From: Perkinsus olseni
Taxonomy: Eukaryota
DNA length: 34,352 nucleotides
Direction: 5' to 3'
Assembly (NCBI GenBank): GCA_013115125.1
Contig: JABANN010000375.1
Span: 1-34,352 of the forward strand
Within the stretch, counting starts at the first letter, position 1; the number at the start of each line of letters is the position of its first letter. The position numbers and the translations under genes were made by a program. This document shows, piece by piece, positions 27,987-34,352 of the stretch. The notes beneath the pieces are model-generated. The model saw nothing but the letters and a program-made list of their open reading frames with translations, was not told the DNA's origin and searched no databases.

Positions 27987-28797
27987 GACCCATGGCTCCA
28001 TGTGTGATTCGTATCTCGGCTGAGTGATGGTGTTGTGTTGGAAGTAACGTACGTTGTGTCGTGTCCCACTTCCCTCAGGCCACCGTCGACTGCGCCTAGA
28101 CCTGTCAATAGTCTACCCTAGCCTCACGGGGTATGCCGTTGAGAACGCATTCGTATAGTATAATATAGCGGGGCATGCACACTAGCTTAAAGGGGACACT
28201 CCGGGCCTCTGACCTGAGACTTTGCGCGTCGCGCATTCGCGCGCGCCTATATGATCGATTTCTAAAATCTTTGCGGCGGTGGGATGTGGATTGAGAATAT
28301 CAATGTGAACGGGCCTCAGTCATGGCATCCGTTGTGTCTACCTCATCATCAGTCTGAAGAATCCTCCGTGAGTCGATTACACGACGTGGTTTGCGTGACG
28401 ATACCCGTGCACGGGTGAGACTCTCACCGTGAGAGTGGTCAGTTACCGCTGGTAACAGCAAGATCCGTACTGATGTTGGGACATGCCGGAGGACGAGCGG
28501 ATCGACCTCCTACGAGGGGCGCTGCAGACTTTCCGAATGTGGTCTCTTAGACCGCCCAGGCTTCTAGCTTCTCATGTGTGTTCATGTCTGCCGTATCTCC
28601 GTGATTGTAAAGCACTTGTGTTGTTGTTTTTTGCAGAGGCATTCTTCGTACTCATTGGGGGGGCACCTGCCCGACTATCTATCTCCTAGCTTATCATCAC
28701 CGCGATAGTGCTCTCACGTGTATCGTCGTCTTAGCTTGAGTCTTTTATCCGGCCTTTGGGCCTGGAAACAACCGAAACAAAGAAGAAGAACATTCTG

Positions 28798-30341
28798 ATG
28801 GCTGCTACAACACTCGTCCCCGCCCCTACTATGATAACCCGGCGGCCAGGAAGTGAAGCAGGAGGGCTGAGAGAAGGCAGCAGCAGCAGCGAGATCTCAG
28901 CGCAGGGGGAGGAGAGCTCTGCTGAGGAAGGTTTTTGTAGAGGCCACATGAGAGAACTCATAGTGTATGTGGAACCTCGCAAGGACTCGGAGTTATACCG
29001 CAGATTGGCTAGGGCTAGGAAGGAGGTACAACGGGTCAGTGGTCATTGGCAGAGGCGAGGGGAGTGCGCTCACTTGCCCGTAGACGTTAGTGGTTGTTCA
29101 TTTAACCGATGGTTCACGGGCTCTCTATCCTCAGGCGTTGGCCCTGTTCGGACCTGACGAGAGCTACCTCTACGGTTTGCATTCTAGTGTCACTGGCTTC
29201 TTCACAGCATCTACTGAGGAAGCACAAGGTAAGCCGCTAAGGGCCCTCCACGGTAGCTCAGGCGTCTGTTCCCTCTCCTTAGCCGTCTTGTTGGAGCTGC
29301 ATTGGGCATTCTTGCCCTCGTTGGAGTCCTCTCATGGCCGCGGCATGACGCGACTGGACGATGCTGCTGCTGCCTGCACTGCTGGTCTCCCAGCACTGCG
29401 TAGTACTGGCAGCAGTAGCACGGTGTCGTCCCTCTGCAGTGCTTTTGCTGATGAACAATCTCCAAGCAGTCTAGCTAGCATGGTGAGTAGCAGCGACGGA
29501 GCAGCCCTAGCTCGGTATACTCTGCGCTACTATAGTATGCTCGCTGCTAGGGGTTCCCCCGATGACCTTGTAGACTCCTCGCCTCTGTAGGTGACAGCAG
29601 CAAGCTCCGACTATCCTGCCTGTGTCGCCAAGGGTGAGGTAGATGTTGATGATGAGCCTAAGGATGATAACACAGTAGTGGTGGATGATGCGGCTCCTGT
29701 AATAAACTCGGCATGGGTTGGCATCGGCTGCCTAGGAGATTGGTCCTTTTTTCAGCAGTCAGTGGCCGCGGACACCCCTCCTGTGAGGGTGGAAGACCTT
29801 CTTGTATCACCGGACGGGTAGGGACCTTTGGCTGATGGATCCGGACTGAGAGCACTTCTCAGGTGTGTGCTGCTGAGCATTCGATATGACCAGATCTTGG
29901 ACAATGTTCGCTCCGCCGTCACTGGTCTTACCAAAGGTAACGCTGTTCGAGCTAGCTCCGGCTGCAAATTTCATCAGTGTAACAATGGCAGATAAGATTC
30001 GATATAAGAAGCGTTCTCATCTCACGTTGGCCAAAAATCGGCTAGGAGAGGAGGGCGCCGCTGTATTAGACTTCTACAGGAAGCAACTGTAAGGGACAGA
30101 CGATCGGCGATGCTTCTCCTAGGACCTTACTACTGCTGCTATGGCCTCAGTGGTCGTCCAGCCTCCGAGTTCGAACCCACTACTGGGTGGGATCTTGTCG
30201 TCTATGAGCGGACATTCCGAAGTGTTAGCTTGGAGGAGCAGGGCCCGCATGTTTTGAATGTAAGAAGGCGCCTGAGAATCATATCATTAATGCTTTACGA
30301 TGCCCCTTTCACAGGAGCTCGTTCGCTTCCCTCTGCAGTAG
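28798..30341 (+). CDS. 2H-phosphoesterase superfamily protein (UBASH3/Sts 2H-domain-like), multi-exon
   Basis: ELIVYVEP...LFGPDESYLYGLHSSVTGFF (first HxS, near 29180), YKKRSHLTLA (second HxT, near 30018), GWDLVVYER. Order and spacing recall the UBASH3 2H domain. Ends ELVRFPLQ-TAG. Confidence 0.65.
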
Positions 30342-31678
30342 AAGCTGTTCTCGAGGCCAGTCGTTCGACTATCATCGACAAGTTATGGATATACTGCACA
30401 GCATCCTACTTGTTAACAGAGATGACATCGACAACACACAGGTCTCAGGATAGTAGTGGTAGTAGTTCTCACAGCTGTCCCCGCTCCTCGAGGGTGTGGA
30501 TCCCGTCTACTTGCATTGGAATCATTTTCATTCTTTCCTTATTAACGACTCCATGCTGATGATGAGCCCGATACACTTCCTTACTTTTACTATCCATTCA
30601 TGGCTCTTCTTCCTATTCCTGGTATCTATTCTTCTACTGCTGTACTTCCTACTACTAACTGGTGGAACGGTTGATCGATTACTGTTTTGTTCCACCATCC
30701 TACCTCATTACAAGCGTTGCTATAGGCTCGCATTATGATAAACACGTAGCGGTCGGGGAGGCTCGGAAGGACCTTCGATTTTGTATGGATGTTGCGCAGA
30801 TTGTTGGCCGCTTATACTGATGATAAATGGAGCTGCCCATAATAATAGAATATATTGATGTTAGCACCGGTTTTTATTAACGACAAATATTGATGTAGAA
30901 ATCGTCATTCAACTCTGTAGTATTCTAGGCTAATCGGAAGCTTGTAAGTAGCTGCTCTCCTTGCTCGAGATTTCAATATTAGATTTCTCGAGTCAAAGCC
31001 TCATCCGATCGATGCTGGTCGGGGATTACTTCCCTTTACCTGGGCTACTATTTTGCTGTAATGACGTGCTAGTACGAACGGAAGTGTTCAAGTCCGTTGA
31101 GATTAAATATTCATTGACGCGACCGTAAGGTCCGACTTACCGTGATTGCGATCCGCATGTTGCTGCTGACAATAGCGTTTGCTATCGTCGAAAAAGTATT
31201 GATCGAGTATCCCTCACGTGATGCTGGTGAGCGGCTCTCTTGTGGAGTGGTAAACCGGCTGCGTGATATCGATCTTTATGCAAGTTGAGATGAGCTCGAC
31301 CGTCATTGATTGTGCATAAGTATCCGGAATAGCCTCTGGGAGGGATTCTGTTCGGGGGTGCATTAAACGTATCTACGATTGCCACTGTAATACCCCTATG
31401 TATTGACAAACGGGCCTATGTGTAGTGTTATCGTCAGTCACAAATTCATGTCGGTGGGAGAGATCTGAGCTCAGCTCTGACCGTAGGAAGTCGCTTAAAA
31501 AGGGTCGGTAGTCTTCCGCTGGGGAACTTCCGGTGAACTTCACTTATTCCGTTTTCTGGGCATTCATACAGCTCTCTTGTCAGAAGACTTGCTCGGGGTG
31601 GAACCTTTCGAGTTCTGTTAGTGTAAGGTTCATTGCATGCGCCTTACTCAAGTTGAGCTACGGTATCAGTAGCTCTCA

Positions 31679-31751
31679 GCCTTCTTAGCTTAGTTGGTAG
31701 AGCACCCGCTTAGTAAGCGGGAGGTCGTCGGTTCAACTCCGGCAGAAGGCT
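31679..31751 (+). tRNA. tRNA-Thr (anticodon AGT)
   Basis: 73-nt cloverleaf with GCCTTCT/AGAAGGC acceptor stem, TAGCTTAGTTGGTAGAGC D arm, CCCGC-TTAGTAA-GCGGG anticodon arm and GGTTCAACTCC T loop. T7 run at 31758-31764. Confidence 0.96.
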
Positions 31752-31798
31752 TTGTGCTTTTTTTGCACAGCGGGCGGTAGATACACAGTTTTTTGAAG

Positions 31799-33035
31799 AT
31801 GACTCACCCACCGACGGCGTTACTTCATAGCCGCTCCCTGGAGGTCTGGCAGAGTGCGGAGGATGACTACGATTCAGCGCTTGAGGTGGGAATGTCAAGT
31901 TTGGGTCTCGAGTGAGCAACTGACGGAGCACGTCAATCCAAGACAGACACTTGCAGCATGCCAGGTTGTTGGAAAGAGGCGAAAGGCATGGCCTCTGTTG
32001 CGAGATCTAGAGAGGATCAGGAAAGAGGTGTTGATGCAGCTCTGCACTTTTCGGGGATGGTATGTATTATCGACTGTCGCCTTTGGGCTTTACTTTCAGT
32101 TTGGCGAGTCTGACGAGGGATTGACTTTTGAGACCCTGACGCAGATTGTGAAGTGGAAGATAACACGAGGAAAATTTCGCCCGCTGATGAAACTGGTAGA
32201 AGGGACTGAAAGAGTGTTTCAGTTCGTCAGCCATGTCGGACATTTTGGGGTGCCTCGCTTCTTCTCACTGGCTGAGGCGTCGAGGCATTGACTCGGCCTC
32301 CATTGACTTCGCAGGGTATGTCCGTCGCGCAACTTCCACACATTGTGTAGGTTCAAAGTAACTCAGAGGCAGCAGTGGAGGATGCGTGGACGGCCGCCAA
32401 CGCAAAGGTGGGAGGCGGCCGAGTTCGCCAGGAGCTTCTCTTCTAATTCCTCTTACCCAGCTCAGCCGGGGCGACCTCCTTGGCGCAATGTTGGCTCTCA
32501 CCTCTCTCAGAGGTAAGCATTTCCCCAACCTTATCCGATAGCGTTACGATACGAACGGGTTTCATTTTGCTGTTACTCTTCGATCAACGAGGGTTAAGTC
32601 CGCCCTGAGTGAATCGGACCTGCTGCCCTTCTCGCATAGGAGTGGGAGTGGCGACAGCGAGCGCAGTACTGTCGGCGCGGGAACCCAGAATCCCATTTAT
32701 GAGCGACGAAGCCATCTTAGCTTGCGAAGTCCCACGGAAGTAAGTTCAGTGCCTCAGCTTGACTCAGTTCTAGAATGATCCTGTCCCGGTATGATATTTC
32801 GACGTACGAAGAAGTCTTCGTCCGCCTAACAAAAACGGCTAAGGAGCTGCAGGCATTGGAAGGTGGTGATCGATGGTCACCAGAGAGGGTAGGGTAGTCG
32901 TCCGACGGACGACGCCCCTTTTCTGGTTACTCAGCTACTCGGATACAGGTCCAAAGATGCCTTTGGGCGATCAATAATAAACCGAAGGACTCTGGTGGCC
33001 AATGTGAAACTGGCAAGCGGAAACGTGAGAGTTGA
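31799..33035 (+). CDS. Conserved helix-hairpin-helix (DNA-glycosylase-fold-like) protein, multi-exon
   Basis: Exons give W...DYDSALE, LTQIVKWKITRGKFRPLMKLVQSNSE, LTSLRGVGVATASAVLS (HhH-like), PFMSDEA, VQRCLWA, ending KRKRES-TGA. Confidence 0.75.
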
Positions 33036-33214
33036 ATCCACTGTGTCGCGGTGCCGACGCTGCATTACTTTAATTCTAGCCCCGCTACTGTAGCGGCGCT
33101 ACATCGCTTGTTTTGAGTGGACGAGTTGAACACATCGGGCGTCAGAGGGGAGTTTGCAAATGTAGGATTCTGCGTCAGAATTCCTGAAGGCCTTCATAAC
33201 AACTCCTTAGTAAG

Positions 33215-34285
33215 ATGAAACAAAACACTGGTATTCAAAGACAAGCCGAGCACCCCGCTGAGTATCGCCTCTGGGAGGCCAAACAAAATCATCCGCCGAT
33301 TGTAGTAGTTGTAACCTCTCTCCTCCCTAGCAGTCTAATGGCCGTCTTCCAGCTCCCTCATCATTTCGAGGCCCTCCGTTGTATGGCCATCGAAAGGCTA
33401 TGGGACGGTCAACAGGGTAGGGAGCCGATGCATGACCTCATGGGGGATATTATGGAGCACTGTAGGAAGCCGGCATTGACCTTGGATTGCCCTACCGAAG
33501 AGATACTCATTGATAAGTGTCCCATCCATGAATTTGTGTTCATCGACGGCGGAATCGTGTACAAGGTTTGTCGCGATGATGATGAGGGTGGCGGAAAATG
33601 CCTCGAACTTCGTACTGTAGACATCGACGCGGACACTCCTACTAAGCAGTCGACTCTCTGTACTGATGCCTCGAAGGAATACAATTGGAAATGCTACTAC
33701 GATGAGGATACCCGCCAGCTGTATGTACTCTATAATAATGGGAGAAGGCTCTTGAAGCACGTCATGATGAGTGGGATGACGGAACGGCCCATAAGTATTC
33801 CTCATCTAGCCGCACCGAGACACCAGTTGGCTGGTATGATTGTCGTTGGTGACTCTCTATACGTGGCGATGCATCTCTTAGACGAGGAGCACTCAATCCC
33901 CGAGAGGGTCGAAGTCTTCTTCGTGCAACTAACCAGGTGTCAGGAGGTCAGGTTGCTCTACGCCGTGGATGGCGAGGACGGTTACATCATTGCGTCGTTC
34001 GTCGGCTTCCTCCCAGTGCCTTGCCAGCCGCGAGCCGTCGACTTCCGTTACCAGCTAGGAGGGATTTGGCATTCAGTTAGGATCGAGGTGATCCGACCGG
34101 CTAGCCCGATGCTATGCTCCACACGAAAGGATGATGAGACAGAGCCTGTGGAAATTAGCGGCCTTTTAGTCCAGTGCACGCCGGGGCTGGGCTTACTGTT
34201 GATAGAAGAGGAGAACCGCTACGTGATTCGCCATCCCAGAGGGCTCAGGGCAGTGGCGGCGATTGACAACGGTGGGAATGTGTGA
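33215..34285 (+). CDS. Hypothetical protein (beta-rich; likely start at 33338)
   Basis: 356-codon uninterrupted ORF with repeated beta-strand-like segments (YYDEDTRQLYVLY, MIVVGDSLYVAM); no family recognised. Confidence 0.6.
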   Translation: MKQNTGIQRQAEHPAEYRLWEAKQNHPPIVVVVTSLLPSSLMAVFQLPHHFEALRCMAIERLWDGQQGREPMHDLMGDIMEHCRKPALTLDCPTEEILIDKCPIHEFVFIDGGIVYKVCRDDDEGGGKCLELRTVDIDADTPTKQSTLCTDASKEYNWKCYYDEDTRQLYVLYNNGRRLLKHVMMSGMTERPISIPHLAAPRHQLAGMIVVGDSLYVAMHLLDEEHSIPERVEVFFVQLTRCQEVRLLYAVDGEDGYIIASFVGFLPVPCQPRAVDFRYQLGGIWHSVRIEVIRPASPMLCSTRKDDETEPVEISGLLVQCTPGLGLLLIEEENRYVIRHPRGLRAVAAIDNGGNV

Positions 34286-34352
34286 GATTCGCACGCCTCT
34301 CTCTCAGTATCTTTGTATATCGCCCGCCTAAATGTGTAACCGTGAAACCGCC

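Noticed and set aside
32196-32350. 155-nt intron with hairpin ACTGAAA-gagtg-TTTCAGT, considered as an H/ACA snoRNA host
   Set aside because: No coherent hairpin-H-hairpin-ACA arrangement could be established.

Overview
Gene-dense eukaryotic nuclear DNA with many short (about 40-100 nt) GT-AG introns. Gene style and content suggest a protist, probably Perkinsus-like (inferred, not verified). Recognisable spliced genes: a DDX3/DED1 DEAD-box helicase (-), 40S ribosomal protein S15a (+), an NmrA/isoflavone-reductase-like oxidoreductase (+, with a G-run frameshift), a long coiled-coil gene, a longin R-SNARE (VAMP7-like, -), an SLC12 cation-chloride cotransporter (-), a WD40 protein (+), a UBASH3/Sts-type 2H phosphoesterase-like protein (+), a helix-hairpin-helix-like protein (+) and tRNA-Thr(AGT). 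The most striking signal is not visible in the ORF track. A selenocysteine tRNA (anticodon UCA, eukaryotic 9/4 fold) is present three times: an intact copy at 6527-6613, an identical intact copy inside a WD40 intron at 27283-27369, and a 5'-only copy at 644-698 (-). The third copy is broken exactly in the variable-arm loop and abuts two hairpins and a truncated transposase-like ORF. This suggests tRNA-Sec amplification plus a possible tRNA-Sec-targeting DNA transposon. All protein calls come from motif recognition by eye, with no database searches.
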